A stretch of DNA of 64,000 nucleotides. Origin: a virus. Positions 36,831 through 46,334 of this stretch are shown piece by piece. Location of the stretch: the IMG/VR virus record IMGVR_UViG_3300027668_002455, positions 32,001 through 96,000 of that record; one strand, 5' to 3'. The position numbers and the translations under genes were made by a program. The notes below the pieces were generated by a model. The model was given only the letters and a program-made list of their open reading frames with translations, was not told the DNA's origin and searched no databases. The first letter of the stretch is position 1. Every line of letters begins with the position of its first letter.

Positions 36831-36989
36831 ATGAAAACATTAATTATTATCTGTAGTTGTGCCATGTTTATTGCCGCTGGATGTAAAGACTCTGCTGCCT
36901 CAGGGTGCCCAAATTGCTCGTGCGATGCGGGGTGTTGTGAGTCCGGAAAGTGCGCTGTTACGGACTGCAATTGTTCCTGCAAACCCTAA
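36831..36989 (+). CDS. Cys-rich metallothionein-like lipoprotein (52 aa, not in ORF track)
   Basis: MKT + hydrophobic stretch + AAG-C lipobox; 10 Cys in the 35-aa mature part. Confidence 0.65.
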   Translation: MKTLIIICSCAMFIAAGCKDSAASGCPNCSCDAGCCESGKCAVTDCNCSCKP

Positions 36990-37105
36990 AAATACAAGGG
37001 AACTTAGATAAGGGGCGTCGGAGGGTGGACATAAAAGAGTGATAAGGCTTTAGCTTTATTGCTTTTTTGTTCTTTTTTGTAAAAAAAAGTGTAATCCTTA
37101 AAGTA

Positions 37106-37816
37106 ATGAAGATCGAACATAAAAAATATGTCTGGGAGGTTGACCTTTTTGACGGAGAAGCTAGTAGCCTACAGAGCGCAGAGAGATTTGGCGGCAAAAA
37201 GCGTAGTGAACTCAAAGACAGTGATTTTCTTGACCCCAAAAGGCGATCATTCCCAGTAATGTCCTGCAAAGATGTAGAAGACGCCGTAAGTTCATGGGGG
37301 ATGTACAAAGGTTCAATGAGCTTTGATGAATTCAAAAGTAAATTGACGAGTCGCGCCAAAAAACTCGGATGTGAAAGCGCGCTTCCTGACAAGTGGGTTA
37401 AGGGGGCCAAAACCAAAAAAGAGTGGAATAAAATAGACAAAAAAGAACTTGATCGTGATTCTAAAAAAGAAAAAGGAGAACACGAAAAAGACGCCATTAA
37501 AGACGACGAAGATAAAATCAAGAAGCTAAAGAAAGGAAAACCCTCTGAAAAGAAAAGCGTAATGGTTCATGATCTTAAAAAAGATGAAAAGTTTGATAAG
37601 AAAGACAAGACTGCGACTTCTAAAAAAGGACTTCCCCCGTGGCTAAAGAAAGATAAAAAGGAAGACAAAAAAGACGGTAAGAAGGGCGATAAGAAAGACG
37701 ATAAAAAAGAAGAAGGCAAGAATGGCAAAAAGCTTCCGCCGTGGCTAAACAAAAAAAAGAGTAAATCAACAGACTATTCAGACTTGTATAAAAAAGTCTC
37801 TAACAAGAATAAATAA
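37106..37816 (+). CDS. Lys/Asp-rich protein with a conserved N-terminal domain and LPPWL repeats
   Basis: RSELKDSDF..P..R.FP motif; start revised to 37106. Confidence 0.65.
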   Translation: MKIEHKKYVWEVDLFDGEASSLQSAERFGGKKRSELKDSDFLDPKRRSFPVMSCKDVEDAVSSWGMYKGSMSFDEFKSKLTSRAKKLGCESALPDKWVKGAKTKKEWNKIDKKELDRDSKKEKGEHEKDAIKDDEDKIKKLKKGKPSEKKSVMVHDLKKDEKFDKKDKTATSKKGLPPWLKKDKKEDKKDGKKGDKKDDKKEEGKNGKKLPPWLNKKKSKSTDYSDLYKKVSNKNK

Positions 37817-37817
37817 A

Positions 37818-38027
37818 ATGCCACTCCCCTCAAAAAAAGGTAAAGAATCTCAATCAGAGTTCGTTTCTCGCTGCATGGGGGACAGCGTAATGAACAAGGA
37901 GTTTAGAAACAAAAGTCAACGTGCAGCTGTTTGCTATGATCAATACAAAAAAGCTGAAAAAGTAAAAGCTTCAGATAAAGACCCCCTATGGGATGAGTTT
38001 TCTAATGAATTTTTTACTATTTATTAG
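37818..38027 (+). CDS. Small phage protein (MPLP...EFVSRCM...QRAAVCY)
   Basis: Recurrent phage motif. Confidence 0.65.
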   Translation: MPLPSKKGKESQSEFVSRCMGDSVMNKEFRNKSQRAAVCYDQYKKAEKVKASDKDPLWDEFSNEFFTIY

Positions 38028-38343
38028 AGAGTCTCTTTAGTTGTTCCGTAATCCGACTTACGTTCCCAAAATCTATTGAATTTGTTTTAATAGTATTAGT
38101 ATAATTAAAATCAACATCTATTCTCAATCCTGAGACGCGCTCCTCCGGAGTAACATACTGTTCTACATAGTCCATTAGACCAAGTTCCTTCATATAAATG
38201 AAGTAAACATCCTTCAACTCTTGCTCTACCTCTATTAAGTTATATAACTTTAGGTCGCACCGCGAAAATGCCATGACATATCTAATGGCTAAGCTATCAC
38301 TAAGGGGAGTGTCAATTAAAAGAGATGATGTAATCAAATTCAC
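38017..38343 (-). CDS. Hypothetical protein
   Basis: GTG start 8 nt after a minus-strand GTGTAA. Confidence 0.5.
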   Translation of the reverse strand: MNLITSSLLIDTPLSDSLAIRYVMAFSRCDLKLYNLIEVEQELKDVYFIYMKELGLMDYVEQYVTPEERVSGLRIDVDFNYTNTIKTNSIDFGNVSRITEQLKRLSNK

Positions 38344-38351
38344 ATTACTCT

Positions 38352-38365
38352 TTACACCGGTGTAA
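38352..38365. promoter_or_regulatory. Palindrome TTACACCGGTGTAA, i.e. two divergent GTGTAA elements
   Basis: Perfect 14-bp palindrome; each half lies exactly 8 nt from a GTG start. Confidence 0.6.
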
Positions 38366-38373
38366 TTATATGT

Positions 38374-38589
38374 GTGAGGACAAAACCTAAAATTGTTCAA
38401 TTAAATGGACTACACATCGAGGTATACAAAACAAAAATTAAAATACACGATGTCGTGAACGATGTTAGTTCTGTCGAAGCTGAAAAAATAGTATCCTACC
38501 TTTACCGTGAAGGATTTATTGAGCGAAAAAGCATAATCTGTGAGATATTACGGAACAGCGAGGAAGACATTGAGGGTGATGAGGAGTAA
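38374..38589 (+). CDS. Hypothetical protein
   Basis: ORF after GTGTAA. Confidence 0.55.
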   Translation: MRTKPKIVQLNGLHIEVYKTKIKIHDVVNDVSSVEAEKIVSYLYREGFIERKSIICEILRNSEEDIEGDEE

Positions 38590-38591
38590 AA

Positions 38592-39278
38592 ATGGCCCAG
38601 CTAAACGCAAATGTACCTTACGTTCAATGCTTCATTAGAAATAAATATATTTTCCCGGAAGATGATGAAGGTCTTACTGAGGGATATATATTTGGATGTA
38701 AATCCATGCTCAATAGACCTATGCATTTCCATTTTCAATCCAAGTTCGGAGCAAATTTTTGGATGATGCCAATTTCAGCCTTTTGCCATAAAAAAGATTT
38801 TGATATTTTATCAACAGAGGAAGAAAAGCGGCTCTCCATGCTTCAAACGTGGGACTGTCAAAGCAATAACATTGCGGTTACAACATTTGCCTTTTTACAA
38901 CACAAAAGGGTGGACGTTCATTGTCGAGATGATGTTTGGCGCTCTGGTAAATACCTATTTACGATTGATGATTATGAAGGAGACCTTAACGAGCTTAATG
39001 TGGGATACGCCAACGACACTGACAGTAAATGCTATCAGTTCATAGTCCTAGATGATGGAAATTTCTGTATACCCCCAAATAACCTACTAAGGTGGCATAA
39101 TCCTGACTTTATAGTTCCATATCCCAAGGACAACGTGCCTAAACTCCGAGTATATTCTGATCAAATGAGCTCCGAAGACGTTGACAGAAGCTATGGCAAT
39201 AGCCCCTACTTTTTTTATAACCAAAAACCTCAAAAGAAAAATGAAACAAAAAAAAACAGTAAAAAAGAAGATGCATAA
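38592..39278 (+). CDS. Conserved phage hypothetical protein
   Basis: M..LNANVP...PISAF...WDC.S...YLFTID...G.F...PNN pattern. Confidence 0.65.
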   Translation: MAQLNANVPYVQCFIRNKYIFPEDDEGLTEGYIFGCKSMLNRPMHFHFQSKFGANFWMMPISAFCHKKDFDILSTEEEKRLSMLQTWDCQSNNIAVTTFAFLQHKRVDVHCRDDVWRSGKYLFTIDDYEGDLNELNVGYANDTDSKCYQFIVLDDGNFCIPPNNLLRWHNPDFIVPYPKDNVPKLRVYSDQMSSEDVDRSYGNSPYFFYNQKPQKKNETKKNSKKEDA

Positions 39279-39447
39279 AACGGCTGATCCCACTTGGGAT
39301 GCTCAGACTTATGGCAATTCAAGTAAAAGCCCCTTTAATGTAGACTGGATAAAATACCGCAACCCAATAGAGGGCCGCGATCAAATAATATTCCTCTACA
39401 GCGATAAAGAAACTAAAAAAATTATAAAGCACAGAATACTGCAGTAG
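39271..39447 (+). CDS. Small hypothetical protein
   Basis: Start revised to 39271 (overlap with the upstream stop). Confidence 0.4.
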   Translation: MHKTADPTWDAQTYGNSSKSPFNVDWIKYRNPIEGRDQIIFLYSDKETKKIIKHRILQ

Positions 39448-39476
39448 CCATATAATTAAGTGTAAGTAAAGGTGCC

Positions 39477-39791
39477 GTGAACTTTTCTCTCAAGGAATAT
39501 GTACTAAGAATTAAGTCGGAAGCTATTCAGGCTGGATACTCCTTGAGAATTGATGAAAGCGAGATGGATACCGTCACTCTGGTCTCTAATCCAAAGACCA
39601 GTAAGGTTGGGATGGCATTAATTTCGCCCAATATTTTTGGTGATTTAAAAATACGGACCTTTTTAATTAATCAGCGTAAATATCAATGGGCCAAAGACGA
39701 GGGATTTAGCCTTGACGAGATGATAGAGCTAAAAGATGAAGGGGTTTTCCTTGAGGTAGACCCTAGGAAAATGGTTAATTTTTTATTATAA
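39477..39791 (+). CDS. Hypothetical protein
   Basis: GTG start 11 nt after GTGTAA. Confidence 0.55.
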   Translation: MNFSLKEYVLRIKSEAIQAGYSLRIDESEMDTVTLVSNPKTSKVGMALISPNIFGDLKIRTFLINQRKYQWAKDEGFSLDEMIELKDEGVFLEVDPRKMVNFLL

Positions 39792-39820
39792 ATTTTAATT
39801 CTTTTTAATACAATAGTATA

Positions 39821-40066
39821 ATGAAAAAAAGCTTACAATTATTAGATGAGATTCTTGTAAAAGCTGAACATGACAACAGGGTGGAGTGTTCAATAGAGGG
39901 AGCTCTATTTGAAAGCTTTTATGTTTTCCACCTAAAAAACCTTAAAAAATTAATCATAGAAGAAGGTTCTGAAAATTTTCCATTTACAAAAGAAGAAGAG
40001 GAAGAAATTAAAATATCTATCCGGCAAGCGATGGGAGGGGACCCTAGTGATGAAAAAGTTCAATAA
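39821..40066 (+). CDS. Hypothetical protein
   Basis: ORF. Confidence 0.5.
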   Translation: MKKSLQLLDEILVKAEHDNRVECSIEGALFESFYVFHLKNLKKLIIEEGSENFPFTKEEEEEIKISIRQAMGGDPSDEKVQ

Positions 40067-40319
40067 AAAATACTTCCAAGAAAAGTATCTTTTAGCTTAT
40101 AAGAGCGTAAACTGGTGGGAAGAAGAAGTGGGGGAGCTTGTATCTTTCTTTGAAAATCTAGATAATAAAAAACTTAAACATAAATACAGCAAAAGGATAC
40201 TAGAGCATAACGTGAACGCCTATACAGCACTATGTGGACGTGGGGATGTAGAAGCTAAAATCCTAGACGAAATAGAGAAGGAATTTAAAAAATATAATGC
40301 CTCGAAAAAGAAAAAGTAA
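40047..40319 (+). CDS. Hypothetical protein
   Basis: ORF. Confidence 0.5.
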   Translation: MMKKFNKKYFQEKYLLAYKSVNWWEEEVGELVSFFENLDNKKLKHKYSKRILEHNVNAYTALCGRGDVEAKILDEIEKEFKKYNASKKKK

Positions 40320-40461
40320 AATGTATCTAGTTCTCGCTGAGAGCAACAACTATACACAGGGAGCCTTCCCATACACAGAGGAGGGAAAAAGAATGGCCGA
40401 AGAACTTGTCGAAAAGGCCCGCACTAAAACCCGCGAATCCTTTTATATAACTGAAAAGTAA
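40297..40461 (+). CDS. Small hypothetical protein (54 aa, MPRKRKSKMYLV...)
   Basis: Overlapping start; fills the gap. Confidence 0.5.
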   Translation: MPRKRKSKMYLVLAESNNYTQGAFPYTEEGKRMAEELVEKARTKTRESFYITEK

Positions 40462-40571
40462 TGACGCTATCTATAGTACAGTATATCGTCCACCAATAGA
40501 TAGTTTTTCGTTTCGGTTCTAAATTAACAACTCCGGACTTTCCCTTGGCGTCAAATTAAATGAAAAAAAAA

Positions 40572-40600
40572 TTGACAAAGCTGATTCAAGGCCCTAAGAT
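40572..40600 (+). promoter_or_regulatory. Sigma70 promoter TTGACA-N17-TAAGAT, 8 nt before the ATG
   Basis: Consensus match with an A-tract UP element. Confidence 0.75.
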
Positions 40601-40608
40601 ATCGTTCT

Positions 40609-40863
40609 ATGACAGAAGATAATAGTAATAACACGAAATCCGCAATGACGACTGTAAAAACAGTATATGCTCGCGCCGCCTTAATGGTGATGTGCCTGAA
40701 TCTACTGTTGACCGGATACGCCATTGCAGCACTAGCAAACATCCAGACTACTGATCAAGTTAGCTTCCCACAAGTGACGCAAACTGAACAGGCATCAGCA
40801 CAAGAGACTTCTGGAGATAAAACTCCCACATCGGTAGAGGGGGTGGTTTCCGACAAAGAATAA
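40609..40863 (+). CDS. Single-TM hypothetical protein
   Basis: Hydrophobic segment; own promoter. Confidence 0.55.
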   Translation: MTEDNSNNTKSAMTTVKTVYARAALMVMCLNLLLTGYAIAALANIQTTDQVSFPQVTQTEQASAQETSGDKTPTSVEGVVSDKE

Positions 40864-40866
40864 AGC

Positions 40867-40895
40867 TTGACACCAACACTAACACACACTATATT
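40867..40895 (+). promoter_or_regulatory. Sigma70 promoter TTGACA-N17-TATATT, 8 nt before the ATG
   Basis: Consensus match. Confidence 0.75.
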
Positions 40896-40903
40896 AAAAT
40901 AAT

Positions 40904-41182
40904 ATGAGCGAAAACCAAAACACAAATACAAACGAGAACCAAAACGCTAACATCGGTGCCCTCTGGGCTCGAGAGAGCCGCAACACCAACCAAAAATACT
41001 TGGCTGGCCATGTAAAAATGGAGATTGATGGCGAAGAAAAAACTGTTAAATTGGTAGTTTTCAAAAATAACCGCAAGGAAAAAGAAAACCAACCAGATTA
41101 TCAGATCTATAAGGCTCGTCCAGCACAACCTCAGCCCGAGGCTGCTACGACCAATGAGAGTAACAGTGACGACTTACTTTAG
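40904..41182 (+). CDS. DUF736-like protein, possibly ssDNA-binding
   Basis: IGALW...YLAG...N..K...QPDY; acidic tail. Confidence 0.65.
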   Translation: MSENQNTNTNENQNANIGALWARESRNTNQKYLAGHVKMEIDGEEKTVKLVVFKNNRKEKENQPDYQIYKARPAQPQPEAATTNESNSDDLL

Positions 41183-41211
41183 TTTTTTAAGTCTATAACT
41201 CCAAACACATG

Positions 41212-41241
41212 ATCGGAAGAAAATTTCTTCCGATTTTTTTT
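41212..41241 (+). terminator. Intrinsic terminator
   Basis: ATCGGAAGAA/TTCTTCCGAT stem followed by a T-run. Confidence 0.8.
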
Positions 41242-41273
41242 GTGTTTTCAAAAAAAAACGCTATATTAACTAT

Positions 41274-42368
41274 ATGGATTTTGCAGTAAATGTACCCCTA
41301 GGTAGTGTGAGCTTTGGACAGGTTTCAACAGCCATTCTTCGAGAGATCAAAAAGAAGGGGCACAACCCCTGCATTTTCCCGATACAGGACAATGTAGACC
41401 TTACCACACAAAACCACGATAAGGAATTTTTAGAGTGGATACAGAGCGGGATCGCGAAGTCACAATCCTCACACAAACGAGACATACCGATGCTTAAGCT
41501 TTGGCATCTCATGGGATCACTTGAGTCATTTAGTAAAAATCAACTCCTTTTTACTTTCTATGAACTAGATCAGCCAACGAAAGAGGAAATTAACATTGTA
41601 AAAAACAATACTCAGGTTTTTTTATCAAGCAGTGAGTCCACAAAGGTTTTTGAAACTTTCGGAGCTACCAATGTCTCCACCATCCCCCTTGGATTCGACA
41701 AACATAATTTCGAAAGAAAAAATAAAAAATACTTTGAAGATGAACGCATCACCTTTAATATGGTGGGTAAATTTGAAAAAAGAAAACACCACGACAAAAT
41801 AGTAAAGGCATGGCTAAAAAGATTTGGAAATCAAAAAGAATATTTTCTGCAAGCAGCAATTTTTAATCCATTCTTGAGTGCCGAAGATAATCAAAAGATT
41901 GTAGGCTCCCTTCTTCAAAATGCAAAATATTTTAATGTTAATTTTTTTGGATTCATGGCTAAAAATAGCCTTTACAATGACTTCCTAAACTCTGGAGACG
42001 TTGTATTAGGAATGTCTGGGGCTGAGGGGTGGGGCCTTCCCGAGTTTCAATCCGTCGCTATGGGTAAGCACTCAGTAATTCTTAATGCCTCTGGCTACAA
42101 AGAGTGGGCAAATGAAAAAAACTCAATCCTTATTAATCCCTGTGGAAAAATCCCCGCTTACGATGGAGTTTTCTTTAAGGAGGGACAGCCAATTAATCAA
42201 GGAAACATTTATGACTTTGATGAAGACTCTTTTATTGATGGGTGTGAGAGGGTAATCGAAAAGGTTAAAGAGAATCGAACAAATGAAGAGGGATTAAAAT
42301 TACAAGAAGAATTTACTTACGAAAAAACCACGGACTCCATCTTAGAACATATAGAGAAAGTACAATAG
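41274..42368 (+). CDS. GT-B glycosyltransferase (GT4-like)
   Basis: VGKFEKRK, SGAEGWGLPEFQ. Confidence 0.8.
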   Translation: MDFAVNVPLGSVSFGQVSTAILREIKKKGHNPCIFPIQDNVDLTTQNHDKEFLEWIQSGIAKSQSSHKRDIPMLKLWHLMGSLESFSKNQLLFTFYELDQPTKEEINIVKNNTQVFLSSSESTKVFETFGATNVSTIPLGFDKHNFERKNKKYFEDERITFNMVGKFEKRKHHDKIVKAWLKRFGNQKEYFLQAAIFNPFLSAEDNQKIVGSLLQNAKYFNVNFFGFMAKNSLYNDFLNSGDVVLGMSGAEGWGLPEFQSVAMGKHSVILNASGYKEWANEKNSILINPCGKIPAYDGVFFKEGQPINQGNIYDFDEDSFIDGCERVIEKVKENRTNEEGLKLQEEFTYEKTTDSILEHIEKVQ

Positions 42369-42369
42369 A

Positions 42370-42732
42370 ATGCCGCTATACACCTTTGAACACCCTACGA
42401 CACTCGAACAGATCGATATCCTTCAAAGAATGAAGGAGGAGCACACCCATATTGATGAAGGGGGTGTGGAGTGGAACCGTGTGTTCACGAGTCCCAACGC
42501 CGCCATCGATACACGACCAGATATATTTTCTACCGACTCTCTAGCTGGTGCTACTAACAACAAGAAGGATAGCTACGAGGATCTCGTAAAGAGATCACAG
42601 GAGGCTAGTGAAAAAAGAGCCGAAAAGACGGGAGGGCGCGATCCCGTAAAGCAGGTGTGGTATGACAACTACGCGAAGAAGAGGCAGGGTAAACGCCATC
42701 AAAGTGACCCTAAGTTTGACTCTGCCTCCTAA
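42370..42732 (+). CDS. Hypothetical protein with an FmdB-like N-terminus lacking Cys
   Basis: MPLYTF...W.RVF..P. Confidence 0.55.
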   Translation: MPLYTFEHPTTLEQIDILQRMKEEHTHIDEGGVEWNRVFTSPNAAIDTRPDIFSTDSLAGATNNKKDSYEDLVKRSQEASEKRAEKTGGRDPVKQVWYDNYAKKRQGKRHQSDPKFDSAS

Positions 42733-42843
42733 CGGGTGATACACTTTTAAAAGGTGCAATTGACAAAAAGTACACTCTGGTGTTTTTTTTCTTTCTTTTT
42801 CTTAAAACTCATGTAATACTGAGTATAGCTAAAGGCTTTCAAG

Positions 42844-45306
42844 ATGTCAGATAAACAAATTCACGTAAAAAAACGAAACGGTAGACTCCAAAAACTAGAC
42901 ATTAACAAAATAAATCTTTGCGCCGAAAGGGCGTGTGAAGATATTGATAATGTGTCAGCTAGTGAAGTCGTGCTAGACGCCCACGTTCAATTCTACGACA
43001 AAATCACTACCACAGAAATAGATAAGGCACTTATTCTAAGTGCTCGGCAAAAAATTGAAAAAGAGCCCAACTACTCCTACGTCGCCTCCAAGCTCCTGCT
43101 TTTCAATATTCACAAAGAAGTTTTTGGGGAAAGCCGAGACAGCGACGCCTTTGAGCATCAATATAAATTAGCATTTATTAGAAATACTAAAAAACTTGTT
43201 GAAGAAGAAATCTTAGATGAGAGACTATTAGATTTTGATCTTACCAAATTGTCAAGTGCCCTAGTGTTAACTCGAGATTTAAAGTTTAAATACTTAGGCT
43301 TGCAAATTTTACATGATCGGTATCTTCATCATGTTAATGACCGCCGCATGGAAACGCCTCAGGCGTTTTGGATGCGCGTAGCAATGGGGTTAGCTCTAAA
43401 TGAAAAAAATAAAGAATCAAAAGCAATTGAATTTTACGGGGTATTGTCTCAGTTTCATTTATGTTGTTCAACTCCTACTCTGTTTAATAGTGGCAGTACC
43501 CATAGTCAGCTTTCTAGTTGCTACCTTAATACTTTCGACGATTCTATTGATGGCATATTTGAAGGTCTGTGGCAGGAAGCTAGAAAAAGCAAGTACGCTG
43601 GAGGTCTTGGCTTCGATGTTACTAACTTCCGTGCTTCTAATTCTTATGTTAAAGGCACTAATGGTAAGTCTTCTGGCTTAATTCCGTGGCTTAAAATTTA
43701 CAATGATACATTAATCGCGGTAGACCAAGGAGGTAAAAGGCCGGGGGCTGGATGTGCGTATCTTGAGCCGTGGCATTTAGATATTGAAGACTTTCTTGAG
43801 TTAAAGAAAAACACTGGAGATGAGCGACGTAGGTGTCATGACATGAATACAGCGAACTGGATTCCAAACCTGTTCCTAGACCGAGTGGAAGAAGATGGGA
43901 GTTGGTATCTATTTTCCCCCTCAGATGTAGATTTGCATAATTTGTGTGGAACAGATTTTAATAAAAAATACAAAAAGTATTGTCTCATGGCCGATCAAGG
44001 CGAGCTACCCAATCACAGAGTCATAAAGGCAAAAGACTTATGGAAAAAAATGCTGCGGACCCTGTTTGAGACAGGCCACCCTTGGATGACATTCAAGGAC
44101 AACGCCAACTTCCGTTACTCAAATAAACACTTGGGAGTCATTAATAGCTCGAATTTATGTACTGAAATTTTCTTGCACACTAAACCATCAAGGTTTAAAG
44201 AAGGTGAAAAAACTGAGATCGGAGAAACTGCCGTATGTAACTTAAGCTCAGTTAACCTCAAGGAGCATCTTAAGAAAGATGGTAAATTAGATTTTAAACT
44301 TCTAGCCAAAACTATTGCCACCCAGATGCGAATGCTAGACAATGTAATTGATTTAAATTTTTACCCCACAAAAGAGGCCGAGAAGGCTAACATGAGCCAT
44401 CGACCAGTTGGCGCTGGAAGTATGGGGTGGGCTGATATATTTCATTCTTATGAGGTTAATTTTTCTAGTGATGAAGCCGTTAAATTTTCTGATGAACTTT
44501 ATGAGTTTATCTCTTATCACTGTATTTTAAATTCCAGTAAGATCGCTAAAGAAAAAGAGCCCTACTCCACTTACGAGGGGTCGCTTTGGGATCAAAATAT
44601 CTTACCCATTGACACCTATAAAGAGCTTATGGCTTTTCTTGATGAGAAACCTATCATCCATAGGGGTAAAAAGTTCTGCCCCGAAGTAGAGTGGAAGTAC
44701 CTTCGTCAGCATGTTGCAGAAAATGGTATGCGTAATAGTAATACCATGGCTATTGCTCCCACAGCCACCATATCTTACATACAGGGGTGTTCACCGTGCA
44801 TAGAGCCTGACTTTTCTGTTCTTTTTGTTTACGAAAATAAAAGCGGAAATCTAACCATTATAAATGAGTGGTTTATAAGCGAATGCCGCAAAAGGGGGAT
44901 CTGGAACCAAGCCATGATTGATGCCATAAAGGCCGTAGATGGCGATCTCAGCCGTTTAAATGGAGATATCCCACTAGACCTTAAGGATCGATTCCGTACG
45001 GCTTTTGATCACGATCAATTTAAGCTTATTGATGGGGCTGCTGCCAAGCAGAAATGGATTGATATGGGGCAGTCTTTAAATTTATTTAATAAAACTACCT
45101 CTTTAAAATATTTGCATGATTTGTATTTTTATGCTAAAAATAAAGGACTTAAGAGTACATATTATCTAAGGAACCGAAGCGCCAGTGAAATCGAGAAGTC
45201 GACTGGACCCAGTAGTGACGTTGGTAATGATAAGGCAAGTGATGGTGGTGGGACTCCTCTTGAAGCTTGTTCGGTCTTAGATCCAACGTGTGAAAGTTGT
45301 CAATAA
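42844..45306 (+). CDS. nrdA: Ribonucleotide reductase alpha subunit with ATP cone
   Basis: VKKRNG, TPTLFN, LSSC, SNLCTEI, APTATIS, TYYLR, C-terminal CESC. Confidence 0.97.
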   Translation: MSDKQIHVKKRNGRLQKLDINKINLCAERACEDIDNVSASEVVLDAHVQFYDKITTTEIDKALILSARQKIEKEPNYSYVASKLLLFNIHKEVFGESRDSDAFEHQYKLAFIRNTKKLVEEEILDERLLDFDLTKLSSALVLTRDLKFKYLGLQILHDRYLHHVNDRRMETPQAFWMRVAMGLALNEKNKESKAIEFYGVLSQFHLCCSTPTLFNSGSTHSQLSSCYLNTFDDSIDGIFEGLWQEARKSKYAGGLGFDVTNFRASNSYVKGTNGKSSGLIPWLKIYNDTLIAVDQGGKRPGAGCAYLEPWHLDIEDFLELKKNTGDERRRCHDMNTANWIPNLFLDRVEEDGSWYLFSPSDVDLHNLCGTDFNKKYKKYCLMADQGELPNHRVIKAKDLWKKMLRTLFETGHPWMTFKDNANFRYSNKHLGVINSSNLCTEIFLHTKPSRFKEGEKTEIGETAVCNLSSVNLKEHLKKDGKLDFKLLAKTIATQMRMLDNVIDLNFYPTKEAEKANMSHRPVGAGSMGWADIFHSYEVNFSSDEAVKFSDELYEFISYHCILNSSKIAKEKEPYSTYEGSLWDQNILPIDTYKELMAFLDEKPIIHRGKKFCPEVEWKYLRQHVAENGMRNSNTMAIAPTATISYIQGCSPCIEPDFSVLFVYENKSGNLTIINEWFISECRKRGIWNQAMIDAIKAVDGDLSRLNGDIPLDLKDRFRTAFDHDQFKLIDGAAAKQKWIDMGQSLNLFNKTTSLKYLHDLYFYAKNKGLKSTYYLRNRSASEIEKSTGPSSDVGNDKASDGGGTPLEACSVLDPTCESCQ

Positions 45307-45307
45307 A

Positions 45308-46318
45308 ATGAGCAAGAGTGGACTATTATTAGATGAAGGGGATTCTGGGGTAAATCAAATTTTACCCCACAAGCATCAATTTGCTTGGGACTTATTTCTA
45401 AAGGGGGTGGCTAACAACTGGTCTCCCTCGGAGATAAACATGAGCGATGATATTGACCAGTGGAAAAATGGATCTCTAAGCAAAGATGAAAAATTACTTG
45501 TTAAAAGATGTCTTGGTTTTTTTGCTGGAAGCGAATCCCTAGTTGGCAACAACTTACTTCTCAACGTTGCGAGGTGGATAACTGATGCCGAATGCGGTCA
45601 GTACATCATGCGACAAGCTTATGAAGAATCTCTTCACAACTGGACAGTCGTTACCTGTTGTGATTCTTACTCCCTCAGAGTTAACGAGGTATATGAAGCT
45701 TATTTAAATATCCCCTCAATTAAGGCTAAGGATGATTTCTTGATGGAAATCACTACAGATATAAACCGACCCGATTTTTCGACTAAGACTGTAGAGGGAA
45801 AAAGAGAATTTTTAAGAAATTTAATTACATATTATATTGTCTGCGAGGGTACATTTTTCTTTAGTGGTTTTGCTATGCTGTTAGCTCTTGGTAGACAGAA
45901 CAAACTTCCGGGACTCTCCGACCAAATACGGTATACTTTACGAGACGAAAGCCTACACATACAATTTGGAACCTATTTAATTAATACAATTAAAAAACAA
46001 TACCCATCGGTGTGGACGAAAAAATTCGAAGAAGAAACTGTGAGCCATGTAAAAAAAGCTGTAGAGCTTGAGGTAAAATATGCCCACGATGTTCTTCCTC
46101 GGGGAATCCTAGGGCTAAATGCTGATATGTTTGTCGAGTACATGCAGTACATCGGCAATCGACGTCTCGAAGGGATTGGTATTGGCTTCCAATTCGACAG
46201 TGACCACAACCCCTTTCCGTGGCTCTCGGAAGTCGTAGATGCAGCGGCAATGACCAACTTTTTTGAAAGAAAAGTGAAAGATTATCAGAGCTCAGGTGTC
46301 TTAGAAGATGACTTTTAA
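45308..46318 (+). CDS. nrdB: Ribonucleotide reductase beta subunit, class Ic-like
   Basis: E76, E107xxH, EG.FFFSGF, RDE.LH, NFFE; the radical Tyr position is Val. Confidence 0.93.
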   Translation: MSKSGLLLDEGDSGVNQILPHKHQFAWDLFLKGVANNWSPSEINMSDDIDQWKNGSLSKDEKLLVKRCLGFFAGSESLVGNNLLLNVARWITDAECGQYIMRQAYEESLHNWTVVTCCDSYSLRVNEVYEAYLNIPSIKAKDDFLMEITTDINRPDFSTKTVEGKREFLRNLITYYIVCEGTFFFSGFAMLLALGRQNKLPGLSDQIRYTLRDESLHIQFGTYLINTIKKQYPSVWTKKFEEETVSHVKKAVELEVKYAHDVLPRGILGLNADMFVEYMQYIGNRRLEGIGIGFQFDSDHNPFPWLSEVVDAAAMTNFFERKVKDYQSSGVLEDDF

Positions 46319-46334
46319 GTGTAACAAACTTTAT

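Noticed and set aside
40533-40546. RNase P-like GGAAAGTCC on the minus strand
   Set aside because: The gap is far too short and no matching 3' conserved region was found.
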